The position numbers and the translations under genes were made by a program. The notes beneath the pieces were generated by a model. The model had not been told where the DNA came from and ran no database searches. It saw only the letters and a list, made by a program, of their open reading frames with translations. A stretch of DNA of 64,000 nt from Macrostomum hystrix (Eukaryota > Animalia > Platyhelminthes), in contig CATNEN010000039.1 in NCBI GenBank assembly GCA_950097015.1, positions 10,292,001-10,356,000 of the forward strand, in the 5' to 3' direction. Shown here in pieces: positions 13,019-38,259 of this stretch. Within the stretch, counting starts at the first letter, position 1. Each line of letters starts with the position of its first letter.

Positions 13019-14935
13019 TGTTAATAAAAAATAAAAGTGTTGTTTTCAGCAAAATAAATGCGGTTAAAATATAAACCAAAGCACAAATCACCTTGTTCAA
13101 AGCTGAGTCAGATTCGATCGCATTTATTGACCGTGGAAATATTTATCACGTTTAAAAGAGTGCAAGTTTGCTTAGAAAAGTAAATTTACATTTACTAAGG
13201 TCTATTCATTTCTTTTTAGAAATAATCCTTGATATAGGTCTGTAAATATAACTATTTTTACTGTTACTGTGACTGCTGCAGCGAAAACATGGATCTTATA
13301 AAGCCGGGATCGCATTTTTAAACAAAAGTATCAAGTTTCACTGTTGCGGAATTTATATCTCGATAGTACCGATGACAATAGATAATGCTCACCATACAAA
13401 ATCCAATCATTCTAATTATGTACTCAGAAAATTACTAAAATAATTTCGATGCGCCGCAAACAATTCAAAACATAAAATGCAATATTGGGGCAGTGGTAGA
13501 TGAAAGATGAAGATACAAATTCGATTTCACTTATTATGCTTAGCCTTTTATGCTCAAAATGACCCCCAGTTGCACTGGAGCCATCGCTAAAATTTAGGTT
13601 GTTTCTGTCTGTTTGTACATAGATTATTTATTTGCGCTATTTATTTGCACTACGCTATATATTCCCAATTTATACTACTTCTAAAGTAATAAATGCGGCT
13701 AGAACTTCCCATTTATATCAGTTTTCATCTTCGGCATTTATCGCATCGCTACTTGCATAACTGGGTAATGTTTAATATATCTATCTATCTATCTAATCAG
13801 CAGCAATTTTTTGCACATATTTCAATCAAAAAACAACAACTACGGATCATATTTTAACCAAACTTATATATAAAAAGTCTAATGTTTTGATCTAAGATGT
13901 TTTAGATTTAAGTGTCTTGTAATATAACTCGGAATTCACTTAAAAAAATGTATTTTAAAGAAGCGCAAGAACCAGTTGCTAAGAGTGAAATCAGAAACCG
14001 ACAGCTGAATATTATTTTACAAGTGAATTCGCGTAGTACTGTATATGTGGGCGACAATCTGAATATGCAACAATATACACACAGTTTATCCAACCTTGAC
14101 AGAATTGCTGAATAAATTCAAGCATATAATATTCTTCTAGGATGTTGGACGGGATAGTCTATGGCTAAAACGCTGAGCAAACATGATTTTGTTCCTAAAC
14201 TTATATTTAGCATTTTTTCCGTTTAAATTTTATTGACTTATGAGCCATAGACTACAAGGCCTTGTCCTCTTATTAGATTAAATTTGCACACAAGGAAGCA
14301 TATAAAAAAAACAAAACATCATTGAGGACCACGCTCGTAAAAGAAAAAAACTATTAAAAACAAAGACGCTAAATAAGTAAAGAAAGCCTAAGGCAAAATA
14401 AAGGGTTTACAGGAACGTAAAACATGTTATACAGCGACTATGAAACAAGCATACATGTTAAACAAGAGAACTTTATTTAGATAAAAACACTAAAGTTCGT
14501 TTGGTCTAGAAGAAAAATAATCTGTAGTTATAAAAAACCATGCTAAACAACTGAAAACTGCGCGATAGAAATTAATTCCGTGCTATTTTACAGTGAAATA
14601 AATTGTAGGATAGATGAACATAGCTGGATATAACTAATATTAACTTGGCAACTACTTACGCACAGTGCCGCTAACTGCAAATTATAGGCATACGTTGCAC
14701 AGTTAAAATTTTAATTAATGTGCAAGAAACTATATAAATTGCAGTGACTTTCTTAGTTTGATATGTACTATAGACTCTACTTAGTGCAGGCAGTAGTAAA
14801 TTTCAGCAGTCAAAACGCGTAACTAACACAATTGTATATACAATTGCAGTTTACAAAGGGAATAAACAGCTAATTAATTTGAAAGGCATGGCCGGACAGA
14901 GAAAGATTCCAGGTCAGCTGACAAAATCTTGACGG

Positions 14936-16969
14936 CTACAACTCCATATCGTCGGCAGCTTCGGCGTCGCTGAAATCCGACATTGAACTCTCGTCATCAT
15001 TGTCTGCCGCCACGGCCGCCACGCCACTGTTGGAGTTGGAAGCGGCGGCTGCAGCGCCACCGCCACCATTTTCTTCAACAGCTGGCAGCCTTGGATGTAC
15101 AGCGGCTCTCAGCGCTGCCTCGGTGGCATACAGCTGGACATACTCGCGCACTTTGGCCCGATAGTCATCCGGCCTGTGCAGGTAGAGCGACGCGGCCGCA
15201 CCATTGAGCGGATCCATCGGGTTCGGGTAGGTCAGCAGCTGCGGCAGAAACGACTCGAATATGTTGGTGAGGTCTGGATTGGTTGGTGGAATCCAAACAT
15301 AGTTAGTCTGAGCACTGAAACCATTCGCTTCAGGGATCCAAGCCTAGTTAGCATAGAAACTCACCATACAGGGCAGACCATGTCTGATTGATTACATCCA
15401 GACAGACAGAACCAGATCTAAAATTTTTTGATGAGAAACAAGTAACATTTAAATCTAATACTTAAAAGCAGAAAACAAAACAAAGAGAAGAATAAAACTC
15501 ACGCCTCATCGATGTTTGGATGAAAGATTTTGTTCATGAAGCCTGTAACAATTTAACCAGTAATTTAGTTTGCTAAGTTGCAGAATATAATCACACTCAA
15601 AGACTAGCTCACCAATAGAAGGAGACTTAAATGGATATCGTTCAGGTAGGTCAACTCGAACTTTCCAGACGCCACCCTCATAGGGGGCTGGTCAAATTTC
15701 AGGGGTTGGCCAGTGTTAGGACAATAATAATGAGTATAATTGATATAGATCTATTTATATAAAATGCAACTTACAATCAGCTGGTCCATGAAACTTGACA
15801 ATAAACTCATTCAGGCCACCAAGAATGGTTACTTCATGCTTGCTTTCAACACTTCATTAGTGCAGGTCGATCAGTTTTAAGTTTGATAAGAGGTTAAGGA
15901 AAATTAAAGTTTGCTGTTTGTAGGCCTATAACTCTGTTTTATTAAAAAATATATGCTTAATAAATACATTACAGATGTCACAGGCTTCTAATTAAATATA
16001 ATTTGTATTACAAGTTGCCGCATCTTTATTTAGCTGACTACAAATAAATACTGTCAAGTTCATATCATTTTTTAACTCAAGATATCTTTAAAGATAGGGG
16101 GTTGGTGGCAGAGTAGTTAACATGTTTGCCTCTTGCACCATGGTCTCTAAGTTTTATTCCATGGTGAGGCCACATTAATTTGGGGCATAGCCACAGAGAG
16201 AAGGCTTAAGGCTTGTGATGCAAATTACACCCTTGAGTGCTAACATCTAAGGCACAGTGAAATATACACTGCTTGACAATGAGAAAGTCAGAAAGGACAG
16301 TTGTACACATCTGTGAGTGTATACCTAAGTAGACTATTTGTGTGTGCGTGTGTGTGTATGCTCAACAAAATGGACAGGATTGCCTCTTTGCTAGGAGGGG
16401 TTCCTTTGTCACCAAATGATATACTACTGCTCATAGCCTTCTTGCAATTATTTTTATTTTTTTCTTTAAGGATAGGCCATTATAGATGTAGCTAGATGGT
16501 GAGGGCTATATCATATACTTTTTTATTCATAAACTGTACTTTTAAAGAGCAAAGGCCAAGCTCCCATTGCCAATTACACATGAAGTTGTACATAAAAATA
16601 TGAAACTCATGTAAAATTTGACATGACTCCAAGACAATAGTCATTCAGGCCTACTAATAACGAAATGAAAAAGCTTAGATTAAAAACTAATTCCTGATAC
16701 TCATTGAAGGGCAGCTCTAAATTCTAAAGTATGTCTTTTTTAAATTTGATAAGAGGCAGACTGAATTTTGGCAGATGGTATTCTAGTGATTAGGCCTAGT
16801 GAATTTTTTTAATATTTTAGCCAATCACCAACAATCATACACAAAAATACTTTTAAAATATAAGAGCTAAAAATGCAAGAGTCAACAAGCAATAAAAATA
16901 TATAATTGAAGGATACAGTTTAATAACATCAGTGTCCATTCTTCGTTTGCCTGGGCTTGGAGATGACAT
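14936..16969 (-). CDS. UBE2H: Ubiquitin-conjugating enzyme E2 H; exons 16969-16917, 15851-15775, 15687-15613, 15542-15503, 15417-15365, 15273-14936
   Basis: [34 protein letters not shown]...[69 protein letters not shown]...[17 protein letters not shown]; all phases fit. Confidence 0.96.
15852..16916 (-). other. U12-type (minor spliceosome) GT-AG intron, UBE2H intron 1
   Basis: 5' splice site GTATCCTT (16916-16909) and branch sequence TTCCTTAAC (15901-15893). Confidence 0.85.
16097..16460 (+). mobile_element. SINE family A, old degraded copy inside the UBE2H U12 intron
   Basis: TGGCAGAGTAGTTAAC head, GAGGCCACATT..TTTGGGGC body, CTTGCAATTA tail. Confidence 0.8.
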
Positions 16970-17906
16970 TTCTGTTTGTAGTAGCAAAATTTACAGAAAC
17001 TTAGTTCTACGCAAAGACGGTTTTAGGCAAAAAGTTAGGCGAAGACAAAGTCGACGCCAATGACTGAAGAATCTGAAGAAATCAACTTTCAGCTAGCACA
17101 CAAGCAAAAGTGCAAAACAGACAGAACTTACTATACTTGTAATAAAGTAAGCCGCTACTGTGTCACGGGCTAAGTACTTATTTGCTTTAAAAATGCTGCT
17201 CTGTAGCTACCAAAACACGTTTATTCAGTCAGTTTATATGAATGTATGCATGCATGAATAAAGCGACAAAAAGTACTCATACTGCTGATCAGCTGATTGT
17301 AAAAAAGTAAAACATCTAAAGAAATACATGCTAAAAGAACAAACATTCCGAAGCATTTACGCCTAATGCAAATTAAAATATTTCAGATCTTGAGAAATAT
17401 AAACTGTTTAGAAACATATTTCACATTTGTTTTATCTGAGTGTTTAAAAACAATACTTTCCCAGAAACAGTCCTTTAAAATCATTTAAAAATTTGTGTAA
17501 GGCGATTTTCAGTATATTTGTCTTTACAACTGTGATTTTTTTCATTAAGTCAGCTAGTAGCGTTAAGTAAAGTTAAGCTACTACAAGCAATCTAAACGAC
17601 TTATTTATCATAATTTATATATACTATAATAGTTATTACTATAACTATTCTGCTTCATTTCTGCTTTGTTAAAACTCGACTCCAACAACTTGTTTATTGT
17701 TGCTGAATAAAAGTGTTAATTATTGACCTTTGTGACGAATTTATGTTTTCCATTCTCAATTACCAGTATTCTAATTGATTATACAACTGCATAATGACTG
17801 CAGTATTCTTCTAGTACTTATTCTTTAATTTAGTTATGTTAAGTTCATAAGAAAATATTCATTCTCTGTAGACTGCAGCTAGCTACTTCACAAAATTGCA
17901 AGAGTG

Positions 17907-29935
<12,029 letters not shown>

Positions 29936-30174
29936 CCACCGTGTCAACCACCGTGTCTAAAGGATATTGCCAAACAACTCAAATCGGTATTTTTTAATGT
30001 TATGTTTCATTCTGTTCACTTGTTGTCGTTTCGATTAGCACTAAGGCCCCCCACACACACACACACACACGATGCTTCATATTCACTTTGTACCCATTGG
30101 ACCATATTATTTCCTTGTACAAAACGAACGTTATTTTTCCCACTTGTAAAGACTATACGTGGTATTTAAAACAT

Positions 30175-30792
30175 CCGCTGCCTTCTGCACAATGGCTCCC
30201 TAACCGAATGACCGATTTTCATGAAAGTCCACCATGTGGATCCGTTTTTTCCACCCTATATGGTGTAGAAAAAAAATTTGAGATGCAAAATACCCGTGTG
30301 GTTTTTCCACTTTTAATGCAGGAGGTCTGTGTGCAGTGGCACATTATTTGGTGACACTAGACACTAGACCATTCCGCCATCTCCTGAGCACACACTCACA
30401 CAGGGTGTACACCTGCCCTGACTTTCTCATCGTAAGGCAGTGTACACAACAAGCCTCACGAATGTGGCCTCGCCGCGGAATCGACCTCAGAAACCTTGGA
30501 CCGCTCTGTCCCTCACCGCCCCGGTTAAGTGATTTATTTTTCCCGTCTAGATAAAGGTAGGTGACCACCGAAGACGGAGATGATTCGGGTGTCATGCTGA
30601 TCAATTTTGAAGGCCTGGCAAGGCCGCACTGAGGCGCAGTGCTAATTCGTGTATAGGGGTGTATGAAATACACTTGCCCTTCGGCCAGAAACATTGAATA
30701 TCTCGACTGTCTGAAAAGCTGGCGACTTGATTCTTATTTCAGAAGATGCGCAAGAAAAAGTTGGTCCGTGTTCTTAAGTCCCTTGGTAGTTC
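30175..30792 (+). mobile_element. TIR element family C copy with a nested SINE A
   Basis: Left part CTCCCTAACCGAATGACCGATTTTCATGAAAG is shared with ~57680 and ~60245; right part is shared with 7172-7495; ends CCCTTGGTAGTTC|TA. Confidence 0.6.
30322..30520 (-). mobile_element. SINE family A, internally deleted
   Basis: Reverse-complement match to the head (GTGGCCTCGCCGCGGAATCGA) and tail. Confidence 0.75.
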
Positions 30793-31315
30793 TATTCTTA
30801 TCAACATCTTGACAGCTCTATGTATATTTAGAAGTACACATTTTAATTTGAAGATTTTTCATGCCTTACAAGAAAAACCTGCTTTTTTCGTCTGTATTCT
30901 CTTGTATTAGTAATCTTGTATTTTATCCCAATCCATTTGCTAATGTTATCAAATCAAATCAATATGGATACAAGACATATGGATCTGCATCATTTTTTCT
31001 GCTATAGAATCAAGTGGATGTTGTTAGTTCTGCAATTTTACAATCAGCTAAAATAATAGAGATGTCACCCGCATTCATCACTCTGCGCAAAATTATTTTC
31101 AATTGGAAAGCCGTTTTTTGTGTTGTTATTTTTTTTGACGCAAAAGCGGAAATTGGTTTCTATTTTTAAGGTGCCACCAGTGTCAAACCAATGAACTGTG
31201 TCACTCAGCTTATAGGTCTGTGCTAAAGTCTACCTTGACTGTTTACAGTCTGACGATGGGAAAGTCAGGGCACATGTTTTTGTCAGTTTGAAATAAGCAG
31301 CCATTGTCAGATTTA

Positions 31316-32924
31316 TGACTGAGGGACTGAGGGACTGAGGTACAGTAATGGACTGAGGCACAGTGAGGGACTGAGGGACTGAGGTGCAGTAATGGACTGA
31401 GGGACTGAGGCACAGTGAGGGACTGAGGGACTGAGGGACTGAGGTACAGTAATGGACTGAGGCACAGTGAGGGACTGAGGGACTGAGGTGCAGTAATGGA
31501 CTGAGGGACTGAGGCACAGTGAGGGACTGAGGGACTGAGGGACTGAGGTACAGTAATGGACTGAGGCACAGTGAGGGACTGAGGCACAGTGAGGGACTGA
31601 GGCACAGTGAGAGACTGAGGCACAGTGAGGGACTGAGGCACAGTGAGGGACTGAGGCACAGTGAGGGACTGAGGTACAGTAATGGACTGAGGCACAGTGA
31701 GGGACTGAGGGACTGAGGGACTGAGGCACAGTGAGGGACTGAGGTACAGTAATGGACTGAGGCACAGTGAGGGACTGAGGGACAGTAATGGACTGAAGGG
31801 CCATAAGGGACTGAGGGACTGAGGGGCCATAAGGGACTGAGGGACCATGAGGCACAGTGAGGGACTGAGGGACTGAGGTACAGTAATGGACTGAGGCACA
31901 GTGAGGGACTGAGGTACAGTAATGGACTGAGGCACAGTGAGGGACTGAGGTACAGTAATGGACTGAGGGACTGAGGGACTGAGGTACAGTAATGGACTGA
32001 GGCACAGTTAGGGACTGAGGGACAGTAATGGACTGAAGGGCCATAAGGGACTGAGGGACCATGAGGGACAGAGGGGCCATAAGGGACTGAGGGACAGTAA
32101 TGGACTGAAGGGCCATAAGGGACTGAGGGACCATGAGGGACAGAGGGGCCATAAGGGACTGAGGGACCATGAGGGACTGAGGGACTGAGGCACAGTGAGG
32201 GACTGAGGGACTGTGGTACAGTAATGGACTGAGGGACTGAGGCACAGTGAGGGACTGAGGTACAGTAATGGACTGAGGCACAGTGAGGGACTGAGGTACA
32301 GTAATGGACTGAGGGACTGAGGGACTGAGGTACAGTAATGGACTGAGGCACAGTGAGGGACTGAGGGACAGTAATGGACTGAAGGGCCATAAGGGACTGA
32401 GGGACCATGAGGGACTGAGGGGCCATAAGGGACTGAGGGACCATGAGGGACTGAGGCACAGTGAGGGACTGAGGCACAGTGAGGAACTGAGGGACTGAGG
32501 GACAGTGAGGGACTGAGGTACAGTAATGGACTGAGGGACTGAGGCACAGTGAGGGACTGAGGGACTGAGGTACAGTAATGGACTGAGGCACAGTGAGGGA
32601 CTGATGGACTGAGTTACAGTAATGGACTGAGGCACAGTGAGGGACTGAGGGACAGTAATGGACTGAGGCACAGTGAGGGACTGAGGGACAGTAATGGACT
32701 GAAGGGCCATAAGGGACTGAGGGACCATGAGGGACTGAGGGGCCATAAGGGACTGAGGGACCATGAGGGACTGAGGGGCCATAAGGGACTGAGGGACCAT
32801 GAGGGACTGAGGGGCCATAAGGGACTGAGGGACCATGAGGGACTGAGGGGCCATAAGGGACTGAGGGACCATGAGGGACTGAGGGGCCATAAGGGACTGA
32901 GGGACCATGAGGGACTGAGGGACT
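31316..32924. repeat. Modular GA-rich satellite built from GAGGGACT, GAGGCACAGT, GAGGTACAGTAATGGACT, GAGGGGCCATAAGGGACT and GAGGGACCAT blocks
   Basis: Seen directly. Confidence 0.95.
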
Positions 32925-33188
32925 AAAATACACTGAAGTGTATTAACAAAAGCGGCGAATGTTTAGTTTGCGGTTGCGATTCGGTGATATAAATTCTTGT
33001 TGAGATCCAGTCGACAATGCCTAGGCGGGCATTCCAATGCCTCTAATCCCTGTGGGAGCACAGCTCGGCTAAGGGAGAGGGTTAATGCTCAAGTTGACGG
33101 CTCAGCTGGGACAATCCAGCTGATGAATTTCATAATTAGAAGGCCTGTGGAGGCTGCTCGCATTATCTCTCGCTCTGCCTGGGGCAAC

Positions 33189-33272
33189 CAGCCCACATCT
33201 GTTATCCACCAGCCCACATCTGTTATCTACTAGCCCACATCTGTTATCTACCAGCCCACATCTGTTATCTTC
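33189..33272. repeat. 21-bp tandem repeat, ~4 copies
   Basis: AGCCCACATCTGTTATCTACC. Confidence 0.85.
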
Positions 33273-33751
33273 CAACCCACATCCACCAACCCACAAACTG
33301 ATATCTACCATCTATCTGCCACTCTTCATTGGCGTCACTCTGTGCGTTTATCAAAGTTTTTCTGCTTTGCCCTCAACATTTCTATGACAGCCTGGTCGCG
33401 TATATCCTTTTGGTCCCATCCGAGCAGCCTTATGCATCATCAGTTGTTAGCTATTATCGGAAGCACTTTTATCCAATCGCTGGCTGGAGAGGCCGCAAAA
33501 AAGGCGATCTATCAACTAGCTCGGATAAGCGGGGCAGGATGTGAGAGGAAATTGCTCAAATTCTCAAACAATGCTCTTAACGCTCGCCATGGCGGCAACA
33601 TTTTAACTACGTTGATTGAAAAAAAAATTTTTAACGGTTTTTAATCCCCTTTTCACATTTTAACATTTTTGATGTGGGCTGATAGGTAAAAAACTCTCAC
33701 GTTAAGTGTATCGTGCATCGTGTTTTAATAGTGCTTTTAATTTATTTAGGT

Positions 33752-34450
33752 CAGGGGTCGGCAAACTCAGGACCGTTGCCTCTTAAAGTATACTGTTTCA
33801 TCTTTCCCCTCTTTAACTCTCCTCGGCCTCGTCTCCCCGTGTCTTATCTCTCCCGTACCTTATCTCTCCCTTGTCTCATCTCTCCCCTGTCTCATCTCTC
33901 TCCTGTCTCATCTCTCCGCTGTCTTATCTCTCTCCTGTCTCATCTCTCCCCTGTTTCATCTCTCCCCTGTCTTATCTCTCTCCTGTCTCATCTCTCCCCT
34001 GTTTCATCTCTCCCCTGTCTTATCTCTCTCCTGTCTCATCTCTCCCCTGTTTCATCTCTCCCCTGTCTCATCTCTCCCCTGTTTCATCTCTCGCCTGTCT
34101 CATATCTCCCTTGTCTCATCTCTCCCCTGTCTCATCTCTCCCCTGTCTCATCTCTCCCCTGTCTTATCTGCCCTTATCATCTCTTCTCTGTCTCATCTCT
34201 CCCCTGTCTCATCTCTCCCCTGCCTCATCTCTCCCTTGTCTTATCTCTCCCCTGTCTCATCTCTGCCCTGTCTCATCTCTCCCGTCTTATCTCTCCCCTG
34301 TCTCATCTCTCCCCTGTCTCATCTCTGTCCTGTCTCATCTCTCCCCTGTCTCATATTTCTAGAGTCGATGCGGCCCGCTGTTGTCTTCTAGTTTCTCTGT
34401 TTGGCCCTTTAGGTTTTAAAAAGTGCACTGTAGTTAAGTTTGCCTATCTG
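33752..34450 (+). mobile_element. hAT/Charlie-like MITE with an internal 16-bp pyrimidine minisatellite (33830-34355)
   Basis: Starts CAGGGGTCGGCAAAC, has internal TGCGGCCCGC and ends with decayed AAGTTTGCCTATCTG. Related copy at 47720-48095. Confidence 0.65.
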
Positions 34451-35002
34451 AAAAATATTAAAGACAACACGATCAAATTCTCTCGATATTTACTCAATTT
34501 TTTAACGAACGCTTAACTTTGTCGTTAGCACGTTAACCAAAAATTAGCGGTATAAAAATCCCGATCAGCTTAACTTCGTAGTAGCAATCCTTAAAATCGT
34601 AGTAATACAACGTTTCAAGTCTTATTGTTTTGCATTTTTAGTGATCATGTATGCAACATGATATAAATTTGAGAATGGCATACTTCACAATGAGCAATTC
34701 GCGACATGGGCTTCTGGGTAGGGTCGGGCATGCGTGCTGGTAGTTTAGGATTAGAAAATTGAGAGTCGCAGTAAGCCGCCGCTGACGTCACTGCATTGAA
34801 CAGCGACTTCTGCTGCTTGATCGGAGCGAAATTTGATAAGCAGGCGGCGCGAGAAGCCGACCCGACACGCAGCGCGAGGTCGGTGGGGAAATCGGAGACG
34901 AACAATTGAGAAGGCCCGGACCGGAATGGGCGTGTCCGAAATCCAGGGCGACCCTCTGCTACAATTGCTGCTTCCCATCTGGGACTCTGCGAAGTCTGCC
35001 GC

Positions 35003-35058
35003 TCAGATAAGCAGCAGACTGTCTTCTTGTTCGCCAGTGCCTACTGACTTCTCGTACG

Positions 35059-35093
<35 letters not shown>

Positions 35094-35866
35094 TGCAACA
35101 TCTGCTGGATTTGTTGCTGCTGCTGCTGATGCAGTCGCGAGCCGGGTATGTTGGGATCAGATCGATAGCAGAAGACAGAATTGCACAATAGGGCCGAGTC
35201 TGCTGCATTGGATACGCAATGCTCTTGCTTCTTCTGCTGCTGCGGCTGCTGCTGAATCTGAAGTTTCTGTCTTCTGGGCTGCGAGAACAGACGCGAGCTG
35301 TCGCCCCTGTCATTGTCGCTGTCCTCAACGATGACGCAGGACTCACGATCCGAGTCGTCCGAGGCTGCCTCGATGATGCGGATTGGTACCGGGCACTGGA
35401 CGGCCGCGACCACCTCCCCCGCCGGCCTGCCTGCGTCGGCAGGCTGCTCCGACTGCGTCAGTTTCGTCGACTGCAGCTTAGGCACCGGCTGCTTCGCCAA
35501 ACTAGCCGGCGTCTTTGACATTGTCGAATCGAACTGCTCCGGCGTCTCGGCCGACTGGCGCCTTCGCAGCCGACGCCAGAGCTGACGACAGCCGGCGGCA
35601 CCGCTGCCGCCAGTGACAAGCGGCAGCAGCATGCTGCAGATCATGAAGAACAGCACGCAGCTCAGGAAGGTCACCAGGATAGTCAGCAGGGTCGGGTGGG
35701 CCACAGTCGGCGCACCAGTAAGGGACGAGCGCGGAGTTGAGCGGTTGCCTGGAGTCGGCTGCTGCTGCTGCTGATGGCCGAACTCATCCTCGTCCTGTTG
35801 AAGCAGCTGCGCCCGGGCCTGAGTGCATTCTAGCAGCAGCAGCAGCAGCAGTGGCAGGAGTTTCAT
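35003..35866 (-). CDS. Orphan type I membrane protein (signal peptide, short ectodomain, one TM helix, Q-rich cytoplasmic tail)
   Basis: MKLLPLLLLLLLECTQARA signal-like segment, TM LLTILVTFLSCVLFFMICSMLLPLV followed by basic RRLRRR, GC-rich coding-like ORF. The frame is open to 35971, so the start is uncertain. Confidence 0.7.
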
Positions 35867-36950
35867 TAGCCTCTTCAGCAGTGCTGACTGGCTTGGGCCA
35901 CTTACTTGAAAGTTTGTCTGCATTTGCTTCCCAGTAAGTCCTGTGGAATTTCTTTTCGCTAGGGGGGGCAATTTTTTCCTTAGCGAACGTGCTTCGGCCG
36001 CTGCTTTCCTGTCTGGCTATTTCCCTCTTTCTCTCTTCCTCTTCCCTTATATTTGTACCGCTGCTGTGGCAGCCAATGGTTCAGGAGGGCAGCAGGAGTC
36101 AAGCCCGGCAGTAAGCAAGTTGCGCGACTCCGATTGGGTTGAATTTCCATCTTTCTCGCTTCTCTTCAATCACCTATTGGCAACTGCCTCTGCACCTCAT
36201 CCCTCCGTGTGTGTGTGTGTGTGTGTGTGTGAGTGAGTGCAGAGCTGAGCTGGTGTGAGCATGCTTGTGTGGCCTACTAAATTGGCCGCAAGGCGCCCAC
36301 ACCTACAGACCCACCCGAGCTCCAAAGCGAGATCGGGAGAGTTCGAGAGATATTTTTTCTCTCCGATCCAAATGAAATCTGGGGCCTGCTCTGGACGGGC
36401 GTGCGGGGAAGAAAAAGTTCCTATATGCATTCTTCTTCTAACAGTACTGAATCGAATGCGAATTCCCATTAGAGGCGTGTCTTAACCCCGCAAGCTGTAT
36501 GTATGGCACTGGGGCAGAGTCCGACCAATGAATTAGTAACTAGGCGAGCTCCTGTCCCTTGGTTAGTGGTTTGAGGGCGTGGGTTTGTATTTTTAGCTAA
36601 TTGCACTGGCTCAGAATGGGCATAGAGAATCTGAACATGGGGACTTTGCGGTCAATGCCTGCCTCGTGGTAGGTAAAGTGCAAATCTATAGTACACCCCC
36701 CTCCGGCAACCAGCGTTCGGAAAAGTTCGGAAGCGCAGCCTGGGATGGGATAGCTGTCAAACAAGCTGTTCGACCTTTTATCAAATCTGGATTCCAGCAC
36801 GGATACTGCGGAGTGCATTCAGAAACTAGCTTGCCGACTGTTTACTGGGGAACTAGGTACCAAGCAGTACGGTTTGCCTACCCGAATGGACGAATTGTAT
36901 TGACCCCATAGACATCAAGGACGATTGTGAGGATAAAATATACCAAATTA

Positions 36951-37316
36951 GGAGGTGACTGGCAGAGCGGTCTAACGCGTCTGCCTCTCGCACCAAGGTC
37001 CCTGAGCTCGATTCCGCGGCGAGGCCACATTCATTTGGGGCGCAGCCGCGGAGAGAAGGCTTGGGGGCTTGTCGTGCAAATTACGACCTTGAGGGCCAAC
37101 CTTCAAAGCACAATGAGAGTGTACACTGCCTGACGATGACAGAGTCAATGCAGATGTACACACCTGTGTGAGCGTGTGTCTGCGTACGGTATCTGTGTGC
37201 GTGTGTGCTCAGGAGTCTGAAATGGGCAGAATTGCCTCCTCGCTGGCTGCGGGTCTAGTGTCACCAAATGATGTGCCATTGCCAGCAGCTCTCCTACAAT
37301 TAATATTATTACTATT
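36951..37316 (+). mobile_element. SINE family A, full-length reference copy (~365 bp)
   Basis: A box TGGCAGAGCGG, variant B box GCTCGATTCC, internal hairpin and (TTA)n tail; six copies in the window. Confidence 0.88.
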
Positions 37317-37429
37317 GCAAGGTACCAAACGCTTAGTGAATTCGTTAAACAGCCGGGTCTTCAGAGTATTTAACCTCAACTCAACACTCCACGCAAGAAT
37401 CTCATACATGAAAGGGCATTTTGTGTGTG

Positions 37430-37830
37430 CGTGATGGAGAAGAGTACAGGAAGCTTGTTTGTGCCGCTTTGAAGCCGGTGCAGGTTGGGCGGAGGCAGTT
37501 AGAAGCCGCTCTACAAGCGCAGGCCGGCTTGGCAATCAGCCAGGCCTTTGCCACTCTCATTTTTGCTGCAATCGGAGCTAAAAGCAAGAAAAAAATTAGG
37601 CGTAACTCAGCGCGCATTGTCGCGTGTGACATAGGAGAGGCACTTTGCTGCAAATCTGCACTGACTATCTCAAAAAGGAAATCCCGCCCGATCAACCTGC
37701 CCCCCCAAGCATGAAGGGAAGCCAGCTTGGGCTCACTCACTTCACCTGTGGGGGTTGTGGGAAGACCCTGCAGGCGGGACTCGCTACACAGCTCTGGCGC
37801 AGTGAGGCGCGAACAATGCCTATTATTATC
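37430..37830 (+). mobile_element. Possible decayed 3' end of an RTE-like LINE
   Basis: Frameshifted peptides YRKLVCAALKPVQVGRRQLEAALQAQAG and HFTCGGCGKTLQAGLATQL resemble an RTE C-terminus with a zinc finger; weak. Confidence 0.3.
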
Positions 37831-38259
37831 CTAGGGAGCTGTATTGCCGGGATAATAGATTGTGGGATAAATGGAGCCAGGCAGAAAGCCGGAGGTTGTG
37901 AGGGTTGAAGCCCGTGCCAAGCTGGAAGACCCGCACGAGCATTTTTGGTTGAAAGAAAATCTGGAAAATCATGCGCGGAGATTTTCGATCAGCCCGCCTA
38001 ATTACAAGCGACTCTGCTCACCTTTGAGGACAATTTTTCGAAATTTATTTTAATTTTGAACGAGTGCACCCACGAGTAGAATGGTGTTTTTTCGTTAAGA
38101 ACCATCAAATTTTTATCCAACTTTGGTACTCGTGTACAATAGCTCAATATAAAAATACACAATGTAACATACTGAGCTAATACAATAAAAGAGATTTGCG
38201 ACTTTACTTTCTAGTAAAAAATGCCTTCAAAATGCTTTCAAAAAGCACAAGTGTTGCGT

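Noticed and set aside
31230-32933. 567-aa and 531-aa ORFs
   Set aside because: Translations of a satellite that is stop-poor in several frames; no unique domain.
33105-33150. Hammerhead ribozyme candidates at CTGATGA/CTGACGA (also ~6993, ~39150 and SINE A)
   Set aside because: No properly placed GAAA with stems II and III.
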